A stretch of DNA of 64,000 nt from Gemmatimonas sp. (GCA_031414535.1 JANNVQ010000029.1:175448-239447), one strand, 5' to 3'; counted from the first letter of the stretch, positions 36,729 through 46,635 are shown. Translations and numbers: made by a program. The notes: a model not told the origin generated them from the sequence alone.

Positions 36729-38048
36729 ATGCGGCCCATCAGACTTGTGGCCTTTGCGGCCTTCACGCTCGCTGTCGCCCCGCCTCGAGCGGCTGCCACT
36801 GACGGGCATCTTCTGCACGGCGTTGGTGCCGTGAACTCCGCGCTCGGTGGCATCGGTGTGGCGTCCAACGCGAGCCTCCTAGGCTCCTTCTATGTAAACC
36901 CCGCCGGTCTCGCGTCGTTTGACGGGACAAACATGGAGATGGGCTTCGAACTCCTGTACGCCGAGCGCAGCGTTGGTTCATCGGCCGGACCAATGAGCGG
37001 ATCTACGATGAGCGCAGCCGACTGGTCGCCCATTCCGGCGTTTGGATTCTCGACGCGCCTCGCTAATGGGATGGTAATCGGGCTTAGCGGACTGGGCATT
37101 GGCGGATTCGGTGTGAACTACGCCTCAGACCCGACGAATCCGATTCTCGCGCCGCGTCCGAACGGGTTCGGCCAAGTGTACTCGAACTTCCAGCTCCTGA
37201 AGATCTCGCCGGCGTTGGCGTGGTCCGTGTCGCCAAAGCTTCGCGTGGGCGTCGCGGCCAACGTTAACTGGCAGTCGCTCGCGATAGATCCGATGCCGGT
37301 CGCCGCACCGGACTTCGACCCTGGGATTGATGGAGTGCCCGGCACCGCCGACGACCGCGCGTTTTATCCCTCGGCGACCGCCGCCGATGCCGTGTTCGGG
37401 CTCGGCTTTCAGCTCGGCGTGCAGTACGACGTGAGCGAGCGGTTCAGCGTAGGCGCGGCGTACACCTCGCCGGGGACGTTCAGCGATTTCGAGTTCACGT
37501 CCACGCACGCGAATCCCAATCTGCCCAACTTCGGCACTCCACGAACGTTCAAGTTCCGCATGGACGTGCCAGCGATTTATGCCGTAGGTGTCGCATTCAA
37601 CCCGAGCGCGAAGCTCCACGTCGGCGCGGATGCCAAGTACATCACGTACTCAAGCACAGAGGGTTTTGAGAAAAAGGGCTACAACCCGGATTTCTCAGTG
37701 CAGGGGTTCGGCTGGGAGGACATCACCGTGGTCTCCGTCGGTGCGCAGTACAAGCTGGGCGAGTCGTTCACGGTCCGTGGCGGCTATCACTACACGGGCA
37801 ACCCGATTCCGGATGAGCAGTCGATGTTCAACATCCCGGCGCCGGCCGTCGTGCAACAGCATATTACGGCGGGATTCGGGTACACCATCGCGCCAGGGGT
37901 CGAGCTGAACATGGGGGCGTATAAGGCTCTCGAGAACTCAATCACCGGCGCGATGTACCGTCCAACCGCGCTTCCTGGGACCTCGGTGACCAACACGCTG
38001 TCAGAAACCTCGTTGCTGGTTGGCTTCACCTTCCGTCCGAGGCAGTAG
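36729..38048 (+). CDS. OmpP1/FadL-family outer membrane channel
   Basis: Signal peptide then TDGHLLHGVGAVNSALGG and NPAGL; amphipathic beta strands; RBS AGAGGAG upstream. Confidence 0.88.
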   Translation: MRPIRLVAFAAFTLAVAPPRAAATDGHLLHGVGAVNSALGGIGVASNASLLGSFYVNPAGLASFDGTNMEMGFELLYAERSVGSSAGPMSGSTMSAADWSPIPAFGFSTRLANGMVIGLSGLGIGGFGVNYASDPTNPILAPRPNGFGQVYSNFQLLKISPALAWSVSPKLRVGVAANVNWQSLAIDPMPVAAPDFDPGIDGVPGTADDRAFYPSATAADAVFGLGFQLGVQYDVSERFSVGAAYTSPGTFSDFEFTSTHANPNLPNFGTPRTFKFRMDVPAIYAVGVAFNPSAKLHVGADAKYITYSSTEGFEKKGYNPDFSVQGFGWEDITVVSVGAQYKLGESFTVRGGYHYTGNPIPDEQSMFNIPAPAVVQQHITAGFGYTIAPGVELNMGAYKALENSITGAMYRPTALPGTSVTNTLSETSLLVGFTFRPRQ

Positions 38049-38057
38049 TTCGCATAG

Positions 38058-38090
38058 GGCGCCTGCAGTGGTCTTGCCACCGCAGGCGCC
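38058..38090 (+). terminator. GC-rich stem-loop after fadL (no U tract)
   Basis: GGCGCCTGCAGTGG-tcttg-CCACCGCAGGCGCC, 14 bp stem with one mismatch. Confidence 0.5.
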
Positions 38091-38163
38091 GTGGCGCATC
38101 TATGGGAACCTCTCGTCGGCGGCCGCCATTCGCTAACCAGGTCACCCTCCCTTGGATACCGCC

Positions 38164-39582
38164 ATGCCGCGCTCTGTCGTTTTCGGTCTCTTCGCCCTCG
38201 CCCTCACTGCCTGCTCCGGTGACAGCGCCACGACGCCTCCGAGCGTGTCCTCGGTGGTGCTGACCCCAGCATCTGCGACCACGTTTCGAACCGTCGGCCG
38301 CACCTTGCAGGTGACGGCAAGCGCGCGTACCGCGAGTGGCGAGACGCTTCCCGGTATCGTGTTCAACTGGGCCTCATCCAATACGGCTGTTGCTTCTGTC
38401 TCCGGCTCTGGCCTCGTGACAATGGTGGGCAACGGCAGTGTCAGCATCACAGCGACGCCGCAGTCCAGTACAATCGCCTCCACACCGCTGAATCTCGTCG
38501 TCGATCAGCTCGCCGTTGAGCTTCGGGTCACTCCGGCACAGTTGGCCTTTGGCGCGCTTGGCTCGACGCGGCAGTTGGCCGCATCACTTCGCGACTCGCT
38601 CGGCAATGCGCTGCCAACGGCGCCCACGGTGGTCTGGTCACTCGGTGGAGCCGCGGCGGGCCGCATCGGCGTTGGCACTACTGGCCTCATTACGGCCGTG
38701 GCGGTGGGCGTGGGAGATTCGGTGGTCGCCACGGCATCGGGCTTTAGCACGAAGGTGTCCGCGACGGTCGCACAGGTGCCCGCGACGGTCCTGATAACCG
38801 CGCTTGGCCGCGACACGATTGAGACGACCGGCGTGACGCGTGCCTACACGGCCACGCCGCGCGACTCGAATCTCAACACGATTCCCGGTGCGACCGTCGT
38901 ATGGAGCTCAACCGACGTCGCAGTGGCTACAGTGTCGGGAACCGGTACTGCCACGGCCGTCAGTGACGGCACCACCTCCATTCGCGCCATCGCAAACACC
39001 GTGTTCGGTGCCCGCTCGCTAGTCGTGCGCCGCTTCGCGTCGGTCTTCACGCTAACACCGGCGTCTGGCAGCATCACGACGGCCAGCGGGACCTTGGCAC
39101 TCACTGGCAATGTGCGCGACTCAGCCAATACGGCACTGCCAATCACGTGGAGTTCGCGTCTAGCGAGTATCGCGACCGTTGCACCGACTACGGGTACGAG
39201 CGCAACGGCCACGGGCCGCGCCAACGGATCAACCTTCATCCTTATGAGCGGCGGCACGCGGTCTGACTCGATGAGCCTGTCAGTGTCTGGTCAGGCAGCG
39301 GCACCGCTCACCGCAGCTATTAGCGTCGGTGACAACTTTTTCCGCTCGGCCCGTAACGACAGTCAGAACGCCGCCGTTGACACAATCGGCGTGGGTGGCA
39401 CCGTCACCTGGACGTGGGTGGGCAGCAACGGCCATAGCGTGCAGTCCCTCGGCACACCGAGCTTCGCGAGCAGCGCCATTCAACCATCCGGTACCTACGT
39501 GCGAATCTTCAACGCGACTGGTGAATACCAGTACGATTGCCAAGTGCACCCGCTGATGACAGGCCGCATCGTGGTGCGTTGA
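38164..39582 (+). CDS. Lipoprotein with tandem Ig-like (Big_2) domains and a C-terminal type-1 copper (cupredoxin) domain
   Basis: Lipobox LTAC; repeated W-x-S-S...VA-x-V..G.VT; GHSV and YDCQVHPLMTG. Confidence 0.82.
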   Translation: MPRSVVFGLFALALTACSGDSATTPPSVSSVVLTPASATTFRTVGRTLQVTASARTASGETLPGIVFNWASSNTAVASVSGSGLVTMVGNGSVSITATPQSSTIASTPLNLVVDQLAVELRVTPAQLAFGALGSTRQLAASLRDSLGNALPTAPTVVWSLGGAAAGRIGVGTTGLITAVAVGVGDSVVATASGFSTKVSATVAQVPATVLITALGRDTIETTGVTRAYTATPRDSNLNTIPGATVVWSSTDVAVATVSGTGTATAVSDGTTSIRAIANTVFGARSLVVRRFASVFTLTPASGSITTASGTLALTGNVRDSANTALPITWSSRLASIATVAPTTGTSATATGRANGSTFILMSGGTRSDSMSLSVSGQAAAPLTAAISVGDNFFRSARNDSQNAAVDTIGVGGTVTWTWVGSNGHSVQSLGTPSFASSAIQPSGTYVRIFNATGEYQYDCQVHPLMTGRIVVR

Positions 39583-42039
39583 TCACCGTCGGACGCGCGC
39601 GCTGCACTTGATTTCCACGCGCGCCGCCGGCCGCGGCAGCGCAGTGACTGCAAGCGTGGCGCGGCTCGGCGGATCAATGGGGAAAAATCGCACATACTCG
39701 GCGTTCATCGCCGCGTAGTCCGCCATACTCGTGAGAAACACGGTGCACTCGCCGACATCCGCCATCGTCGCGCCGGCTGCTTCGAGCGATGTGCGAATGT
39801 TCTCCAAGGTCTGCCGAGTCTGAGCGGCCACTCCACCGGCGATAATCTCTTGCGTGCCGGGCACGACGCCCGTCATTCCAGAAACAAAGACGAAGTCGCC
39901 GTCGCGAATAGCCACCGAGTACGCCGGTACCAGCGGTGCGAGGCCAGGCGGGTCAATGCGTCGGCGTTCGGCGCTACGGCGAATCGTCGCCTCACGCGCG
40001 GCATCGCGCGCTGGTATCACGATTGGTTCAAACCACGTGGGCACAATCGTCCGGCTCGAGGGCGACGCCGCAGCGACTTCGCCGAGAAACTTCTCACGGT
40101 CCGCAAGCGCCGCCGCTGGTGGATTCGGATTCCCATACCCGTCCGCGTGCGAGGGAATAACGACTGCCGGGTAGCCGAGTGCGCGCATCAATCGGCCAGT
40201 GAAGTCAAAGATCTCCAAGCGCTGACTGTTCGCTCCCACGAGCGCGATATCAGGCCGCAGCCCCTCCATCTCGCGCTCGAGAAAATTCATGGAACCCATC
40301 GCGAGCACTTCGTGGCCACCAATGCGAATGAGGTACGCAAGGCTTCCGCCTTCCTGATACTCATTGCGCCGCAGAGGTGCACGCAGTCCGCGCGGTGCCG
40401 TGCCCGCGATGCCGCGTCCGTTGCCGAAGTAGCGTTTGTCATCGAGCGCGCTGTGAATGCTGGGAATCACGCGGAGCGAGAAGGTTTCGAAGTCGTAATC
40501 CTCACCGCCAACCGCCGTGATCAGCTTGTCTTCGGCGACATCATAGGCACGTGCCAGGTTGGCGGCCGTCTCAGTGCCGATGATCACCGCTCCCGTGCGC
40601 TTGCTGATTGGGCCCGCGTCGAGTGCGTGATCGGAGTGACCGTGCGTGACGAGGATATAGTCGGCGCGCTGAATGTGACGATTGATCAGCGCGGTGTCGG
40701 CAGGATACGGGTCGGTTGGTAAGATTTCGCGCGCTGGGCCGGTGCGGCTCCAGCGATTGAATTGCGTCACGAAGGGGTCAACCAAGACTACGGTCTTGCC
40801 GTCGGTGATCTCCCAACCGGCGTTGCCGAGGTAGGTGAGTCGGAGCTCGCCCGCTTGCAGCGCGCCTTGTGCCGGTATCGCAGTGGCAGCCCTGCGCTCG
40901 CAGGGCATGCTGCCCGCACCGAAGTAGAGTGCGTTCGGGGCCTCTGAGCGCGCCACGGCGATGTCAGGGCGACCGTCTTCATCGAAGTCTCCTATGCCAA
41001 TGCCATAGGCAGCGCCTTGGGCATCCCCCATCGCCACGGAGCTGAAGCGTGCACCGTCGCCATCGTTGAAGTACACCGTGGTTTGTGCGCGAACGTTTCC
41101 GACAATGAAATCCGTCTTGCCATCGCAATTGGGATCACCCACCGCGAGTGCGTAGGGTACGACTCCCGGCTCGCCGACAGTGCGCGGTGCGGCGAAGCTG
41201 CCGTCGCCGCGGCCATCGTACACGGCGACGCCGCGCGCTTCATCAATCGCCACGACGTCCATCCGTCCATCACCATTCAGGTCGGCCGCCTCGGCGATGC
41301 GCATTTGCGCGTCCGCTGGGCCGAAGGGTACGCTCCGCAACTTGGTCAAGTCAGCAGCGGCCGCGCCGAAGTAGAGGCGGCTCTGACCGCCGTTGCGATG
41401 CGGCACCAGCAAGTCTGTGAAGCCGTCGCCGTTGAAGTCCGAGGCGGTAATGGTTGTCGCGGGCTCACTCGCGAACGGGATACACGCGGCATCAAACCGG
41501 CCCGCACCGCGATTGAGACAGATGTAGTTAGAGCCGGCTCCGCGGCCATAGCGATTCGCCGCGATGATGTCCGGTCGCCCATCACCATTCATGTCCGCAA
41601 CGGTGGCATTGCGCATCGGCCAGTCGGGGCGCCCGTACTCGGAGCCGACGGTGAACTTGCCCCTGCCGTCGTTCAGATACACCAACTTCCGGCTCGGTGC
41701 GTCGTTACTCGTGACGACGTCGAGATCGCCATCTGCATCGAGATCGACCAAGCGCGCCGAGTAGGTCTTCTCCGCGGTCGCGCCTAAATCGTAGCTCGCT
41801 TTGACACCACCTCGACCGTCCCCGAGCAACACGCGACTCACAAGCGGCCAGTGCCGACCCTTGGCGAGGACGATGTCGAGATGCCCGTCTCCGTCGAGGT
41901 CACCAAAGCTTGCATTCGCGGAGGTCTCGGAGCTGGTCTCCAAGAGCAGCGTGCGATCGTAGCGCGGGAGTTCGCGCGCGCTCAGGGCCAGGAGTGAGGC
42001 GGCGCTGAAGGCGAGGAGGGCGGGAGGGGCGATGGTCAT
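39583..42039 (-). CDS. Exported fusion: 7x FG-GAP/VCBS propeller + MBL-fold hydrolase + RidA-like domain
   Basis: Seven D-x-D/N-x-D-G-x-x-D repeats; THGHSDH; YSVAIR, VSG, QTRQTLENI, PPSRAT and VEI. Confidence 0.82.
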   Translation of the reverse strand: MTIAPPALLAFSAASLLALSARELPRYDRTLLLETSSETSANASFGDLDGDGHLDIVLAKGRHWPLVSRVLLGDGRGGVKASYDLGATAEKTYSARLVDLDADGDLDVVTSNDAPSRKLVYLNDGRGKFTVGSEYGRPDWPMRNATVADMNGDGRPDIIAANRYGRGAGSNYICLNRGAGRFDAACIPFASEPATTITASDFNGDGFTDLLVPHRNGGQSRLYFGAAAADLTKLRSVPFGPADAQMRIAEAADLNGDGRMDVVAIDEARGVAVYDGRGDGSFAAPRTVGEPGVVPYALAVGDPNCDGKTDFIVGNVRAQTTVYFNDGDGARFSSVAMGDAQGAAYGIGIGDFDEDGRPDIAVARSEAPNALYFGAGSMPCERRAATAIPAQGALQAGELRLTYLGNAGWEITDGKTVVLVDPFVTQFNRWSRTGPAREILPTDPYPADTALINRHIQRADYILVTHGHSDHALDAGPISKRTGAVIIGTETAANLARAYDVAEDKLITAVGGEDYDFETFSLRVIPSIHSALDDKRYFGNGRGIAGTAPRGLRAPLRRNEYQEGGSLAYLIRIGGHEVLAMGSMNFLEREMEGLRPDIALVGANSQRLEIFDFTGRLMRALGYPAVVIPSHADGYGNPNPPAAALADREKFLGEVAAASPSSRTIVPTWFEPIVIPARDAAREATIRRSAERRRIDPPGLAPLVPAYSVAIRDGDFVFVSGMTGVVPGTQEIIAGGVAAQTRQTLENIRTSLEAAGATMADVGECTVFLTSMADYAAMNAEYVRFFPIDPPSRATLAVTALPRPAARVEIKCSARVRR

Positions 42040-42077
42040 GCGAAGAAACTACACCTAACGCGCAGGCCTTGCCCCCA

Positions 42078-44003
42078 TCAAGGAGGAGATGTCGGGGCTC
42101 GCGCCTCAACGATGACTTCGAGCGGGATTTGCCACCCCGCACCGTCGCTCGTTACGTCGATGACGTAATGCCCCGGCTTGGCGGCCGTAAACTCAAAGTC
42201 CGCCGTCTCGCCAGGCCCCATCAGGACGCGCGCTAGACGCGGCGTCCGACGGGCCTCAGGCAAATCGGCGCCGTCCTTGGCGATGGGGCGCCACTGCACG
42301 ACGGCGGAGTCGCTGCGCATCGTGAAATTGATTGCCCAGTCCGGGTGAATGGAGACAAAGCGCAGACGGTGTGTCTCGCCAGCAGTCAGGCGGAGTGGCG
42401 CCGGACTGCGACTCCCGTTCACGTAGGCGTACGGACTTTCGTTCTTTGCAACCACCGGAGGCCCGCCGCCGCCAGCGACGATCAAGTGGTCGCGAGTCAG
42501 GTCGCGCGGTCCGTCAGAAACGAGGAGCGCGCCGTACATCCCGGAGAGAATGTGTGCTCGGTCGTTGAGATGCGAGTGGTACAGATACGTGCCGGAGCGC
42601 GGCGGTATGAACTCCGCCACAAACGAGTCGCGCGCCGCCACCTGGCCGTACATCCGATTGCCGAGTCCGCTCCAGTTGGGCACGCCATCGGGATAGCTCT
42701 CAATCTCGAGGCCGTGCCAATGCACGCTGGTCGGTTCATCCATCGTGTTGTGCACCACGATGCGGACAGGCTTGCCTCGCTCAAGTTCGAGCGTGGGGCC
42801 TGGAATCCGCACACGGTTCTGCGGCGGTACGGAATCGCCCCGTTGCAGCATGAACCCGACTGCCGGTACACCGGCGACGAGCCGGTTCGGCTCGCGCTGC
42901 ACATACAGATGCATCGTGCGCGCACCCTCGGTGCTCGGCGCTACATACCCGGGAGTGGGTTCGACCGTGATGGCGATGGCCAGACCGCGCATCGAATGCT
43001 CGGCTGGCGCGTGTGCGGCGCCGTCGTGCGAGGCATGCGCCAGTGCCGCAGCCTCCGCCGAGTCACGCGGCGCACCGACGAGCGATGAGGTTTCGTCCAC
43101 ATGGAAGGCGAAGTGGCAATGGAAGACCCAGTTGCCCGGCGTATTCGCGAGGAACGAGAAGACCTCCGACGTGCCCCCCTGCACCATATCCGTGTTGGTG
43201 AGCGTCTGCTCCGCTGCGGGAACCGGCTTGTTGTTGGATTCCTCGATGCGATAATAGAAGCCGTGCAGGTGCATCGGATGCCCGAACGGGATGGTGTTCA
43301 CGACGCGAAACCTGGTGGAATCTCCCTGGGTCAGCCGTAGCAATGGCGTGTGTGGGAACGCCTTGCCGTTGATGACTGCGACAGTCTCGAAGGCCTGCAG
43401 GCGGTTCGGATAGGGATGGAACCACTCGCTCATCAACCAGATGTAGTCGTCGGTGCGCGCACCGGGACGATCTACCACGATGACACCGTTGAGCTGGGAG
43501 TCGAGCCAAGTTCGATCCACGTCCCTCGTGCCGGCGAACGCTCCCCAGTAGTACCACGTGCCGGCGGCATCGAGCCGGAACTGCAACTCGCTCTCGCCGC
43601 CGGCCGCGAGAGAGAGCGTGTCGGGGACCGCGGCTCCAGTGGCGCGAAGCCCTCCGATGACGAGCGCGGAGTCGCTACGATTGCGAATGCGCATGCGCAC
43701 CGTGGTGCCCTGCGGGACACGGAGCATCGGTCCCGGCACGAGCGCCGCGCTGCCGCGTTCGGCGAACGCGAGAATCGGCACCTCGGGATCGTCGGGGCCT
43801 TCGGGCCGCCAGCGGGCAACGACAACGTCGAGATCAAGCGTGAGGACTTGGCTACGAAGACGGCCGGCGGGGGCGCGGTTGTCGTTCGCGACCGCGACGA
43901 CTGCTGCCGGATTTACGCGCGGCAATGGGACGCGCGGCAATGGCGCAACGAGCTGTCCCTGAAAGGCGACGGCAACCAGCGCGAGAACGTGGACGGACAT
44001 CAT
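42078..44003 (-). CDS. Multicopper oxidase with four cupredoxin domains
   Basis: HPMHLHG, HCHFAFH, VHWHG and YHSH motifs; two PGP entry motifs; signal peptide. Confidence 0.85.
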   Translation of the reverse strand: MMSVHVLALVAVAFQGQLVAPLPRVPLPRVNPAAVVAVANDNRAPAGRLRSQVLTLDLDVVVARWRPEGPDDPEVPILAFAERGSAALVPGPMLRVPQGTTVRMRIRNRSDSALVIGGLRATGAAVPDTLSLAAGGESELQFRLDAAGTWYYWGAFAGTRDVDRTWLDSQLNGVIVVDRPGARTDDYIWLMSEWFHPYPNRLQAFETVAVINGKAFPHTPLLRLTQGDSTRFRVVNTIPFGHPMHLHGFYYRIEESNNKPVPAAEQTLTNTDMVQGGTSEVFSFLANTPGNWVFHCHFAFHVDETSSLVGAPRDSAEAAALAHASHDGAAHAPAEHSMRGLAIAITVEPTPGYVAPSTEGARTMHLYVQREPNRLVAGVPAVGFMLQRGDSVPPQNRVRIPGPTLELERGKPVRIVVHNTMDEPTSVHWHGLEIESYPDGVPNWSGLGNRMYGQVAARDSFVAEFIPPRSGTYLYHSHLNDRAHILSGMYGALLVSDGPRDLTRDHLIVAGGGGPPVVAKNESPYAYVNGSRSPAPLRLTAGETHRLRFVSIHPDWAINFTMRSDSAVVQWRPIAKDGADLPEARRTPRLARVLMGPGETADFEFTAAKPGHYVIDVTSDGAGWQIPLEVIVEARAPTSPP

Positions 44004-44980
44004 CAGGGCGTGCCTCCGCGGGGGACCTTCCCATCTGCTCCCAACACTCCATCCAATCTAAGGTGCGCGATGCTTGGCCCTGTCCGCGTCATCGTCACCA
44101 GCGTGACATGATCCAGCGCCATCGGGTCGGCAGGGTTCTGCCCGCCGCCGGTGGTGCCGAGCGTGAAGTATTCGCGGCCGAGGCGCTCCTCGCGGTTGAG
44201 CGAGTGGAGATGCCCGCTGAACACCGTGTAGGGCCGATCCGCGAGCGCAGCCTCGATGGCATTGAACTCGGGGTCGCTTGGGTTGCGCCACACGGGCTTA
44301 TGGAAGAACACAAAAGTCCAGCGCACATCGCGATGCTCTGCAAGGACGCGTTGGACATAGGCAGCCTGCTCGGTCCCGATGTCTCCGAAGGAGCGTTCCG
44401 GCATGCTGTAGTACGTGAGACCGTCGGTGCTGGTGCGGCCCTCGCGCTGAGCCTGCAAGGCTTCGTTGCGCGCCTCAAAGATGGCGCGCGCTCGCTCGGG
44501 GCTGAGATCCTCGGTGTCGAGAATCAGGAAGAGCGCGTTCTTGTACACGAAGGAGTAATAGGTGGGGCCGTAGCGACGTCGCCAGACATTGCGGAGTTCT
44601 GTGCCGGTGAGATCGTGGTTGCCGCCGACGCGAAAGAAGGGAGCAGGCATGGCGCGCGCACGCGCGTCGAAGCTGTCCCACTCGCGCGTGATGGCTGAGT
44701 CCACGGGCGTCGGGCCGTCAATCAGATCGCCCACGCTCATCACAAGCTCAGGGCGGAGGATGGCGAGCTGCGCGACCGCGACGCTGAACACGCCAGGACG
44801 CTCGCCGCCGGTGAGATCGGAAGTGATGGCGAAGGTAAACTGGCCCGCTGAGGTGTCGAAGCGAGTGTGTGTCCACGGGAGCGCGGTACCTAAGAGGTCG
44901 TGACGAAATGGCGTTCGCGTCGCGCTCGTGCACGCCGTCACGGCCGTGGCCAGTAAGACGGCGCAGAGGATCGGGCGCAC
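44003..44980 (-). CDS. Calcineurin-like metallophosphoesterase lipoprotein
   Basis: Lipobox VTAC; SDLT, GDLID, GNHD, HKP, GHLH. Confidence 0.88.
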   Translation of the reverse strand: MRPILCAVLLATAVTACTSATRTPFRHDLLGTALPWTHTRFDTSAGQFTFAITSDLTGGERPGVFSVAVAQLAILRPELVMSVGDLIDGPTPVDSAITREWDSFDARARAMPAPFFRVGGNHDLTGTELRNVWRRRYGPTYYSFVYKNALFLILDTEDLSPERARAIFEARNEALQAQREGRTSTDGLTYYSMPERSFGDIGTEQAAYVQRVLAEHRDVRWTFVFFHKPVWRNPSDPEFNAIEAALADRPYTVFSGHLHSLNREERLGREYFTLGTTGGGQNPADPMALDHVTLVTMTRTGPSIAHLRLDGVLGADGKVPRGGTP

Positions 44981-44982
44981 GG

Positions 44983-46635
44983 TCAGCGGGTCCTCGCGAA
45001 CGACGCTTCCATCAGCACCTTCAGGTTCGGATCCAAGCGCACTTCAGTGGGTTCCGCAGGCGCGTCAATGGTGAAGACGCTATTCCGTGCGTTCATCTGG
45101 ACGCGATGCATCGTGGGCGTCGCCTGCCCACGGATGTACACCGCGACTTCCATTGGCATCGTGAAGGCACTGCCGTCAGTCTGCACCTGATCGAGCGTGA
45201 TGCGTAGCTGCTTGGTGCGGGCATCGTAGGACCAGCCACCGTTCACCTTCAGCGTGCCGGGCTTGTAGAGCCACTGCTCAAAGAACGTGCCGAGGTCGAG
45301 GCCGGATGCCTCTTCCATGGCGCGCCGGAAGTCGGCGGTGGTGGCGTTCGCGTTGAAATGCTCCCGATAGTACGCACGAATGCCGCGCTGGAAGGCCTCG
45401 TCGCCCACGACGCTACGCAGCATGTGCAGCACCCAGCTGCCTTTCTGGTAGGTGTGCGAGCTCGTGACATCCTCCATCCGCTCAAGATTCGGATGGATGA
45501 TGGTATAAGCGGGATTCGCCGCAGCAAATGTCATCACCGTGCGCTTGCTCGCCTCGAGGCCGCGCACAAACTCGTCGCGACCGTAGGCGTGCTCGATGTA
45601 CATCAGCGTGAAGTACGTCGCGAAGCCCTCGCTCTGCCACACATCGTTCCAATCGTACTCAGTGACCGCGTTGCCAAACCACTGATGCGCAATCTCGTGG
45701 ATGACCACGTTACGCCAGCGCACGCTGCGAGTCCCCGTCACCGAGCTCTCGTGGTAGAGAATCGCCGATGCCGACTCCATCCCACCGCTCACGCTGTTGG
45801 ACTGGATGTTGGCCAGCCGCTCGTAGGCAAAGGGTCCCACGTAATCGCTGTAAAAGGCCAGCGCGCTCTTCGTGGGCGTCGCGAAGTCGTCAAAGCCGGC
45901 ATCGCGATCCTGCGGGTACACCCAGGTCTCTATGGCTTTGCCTTCGAACGTGTCAACCTGCTGCACGGCGAATCGCGCAACGCCGAGGACGTAGAGCCAG
46001 GTCGCAATCGGCACGGAGTTGCGCCAGTGCGTGAGGCGGCGATTGCCGGGCAGGTCCGTGATCTCGACCTGCAGTCCGTTGGAGACCACTTGGTAGTGGC
46101 TCGGCGCAGTGACGATAAACTCGCTCGACGCCTTGTCGTAGGGATGATCAATGGTGGGCAACCAATGCCGTGTGCGATTGGGCCAGTTGTCGCTGAAGAA
46201 GGTGCGATCGCCGTGCCGGTTGGGGCCGATGGCCAGTCCAGATGCCGGAATGCCTCCGTAGCGCACGACTAGTCGCGCACGCTGCCCAGCGGCGGGCGAG
46301 GAAACGAGCGGAACCGCCAGCACGTCATTCTCGTGTGTGAACGTCACGGTCTCGCCGTTAAGCGTGACGCCCGAGACTCGCATGCCCTTGCCGCCTCGCG
46401 AGGCATCCACGTTCATGAGGTCCAATCGCAAGGCCCGAACACCCGCTACCACGAAGCGCAGGTCCATCGTGAGCTCGCCAGCAATCGCGTCGCTCGTGTC
46501 CGAAACCTCTAAGCGAAACGCATAGTTGAGCGCGTCGATGCTCGGGTTCTTGGGATAGGTGTCGAGCGTCGCCCACGGCGGAGCGACGGCGAGGAGCAGT
46601 GCGGCGGCGAGCGGGCGCGGGGAGAGGATTCGCAT
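44983..46635 (-). CDS. M1 family aminopeptidase
   Basis: GGMESA, HEIAHQWFG...SEGFA, YQKG; signal peptide from ATG 46635. Confidence 0.92.
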   Translation of the reverse strand: MRILSPRPLAAALLLAVAPPWATLDTYPKNPSIDALNYAFRLEVSDTSDAIAGELTMDLRFVVAGVRALRLDLMNVDASRGGKGMRVSGVTLNGETVTFTHENDVLAVPLVSSPAAGQRARLVVRYGGIPASGLAIGPNRHGDRTFFSDNWPNRTRHWLPTIDHPYDKASSEFIVTAPSHYQVVSNGLQVEITDLPGNRRLTHWRNSVPIATWLYVLGVARFAVQQVDTFEGKAIETWVYPQDRDAGFDDFATPTKSALAFYSDYVGPFAYERLANIQSNSVSGGMESASAILYHESSVTGTRSVRWRNVVIHEIAHQWFGNAVTEYDWNDVWQSEGFATYFTLMYIEHAYGRDEFVRGLEASKRTVMTFAAANPAYTIIHPNLERMEDVTSSHTYQKGSWVLHMLRSVVGDEAFQRGIRAYYREHFNANATTADFRRAMEEASGLDLGTFFEQWLYKPGTLKVNGGWSYDARTKQLRITLDQVQTDGSAFTMPMEVAVYIRGQATPTMHRVQMNARNSVFTIDAPAEPTEVRLDPNLKVLMEASFARTR

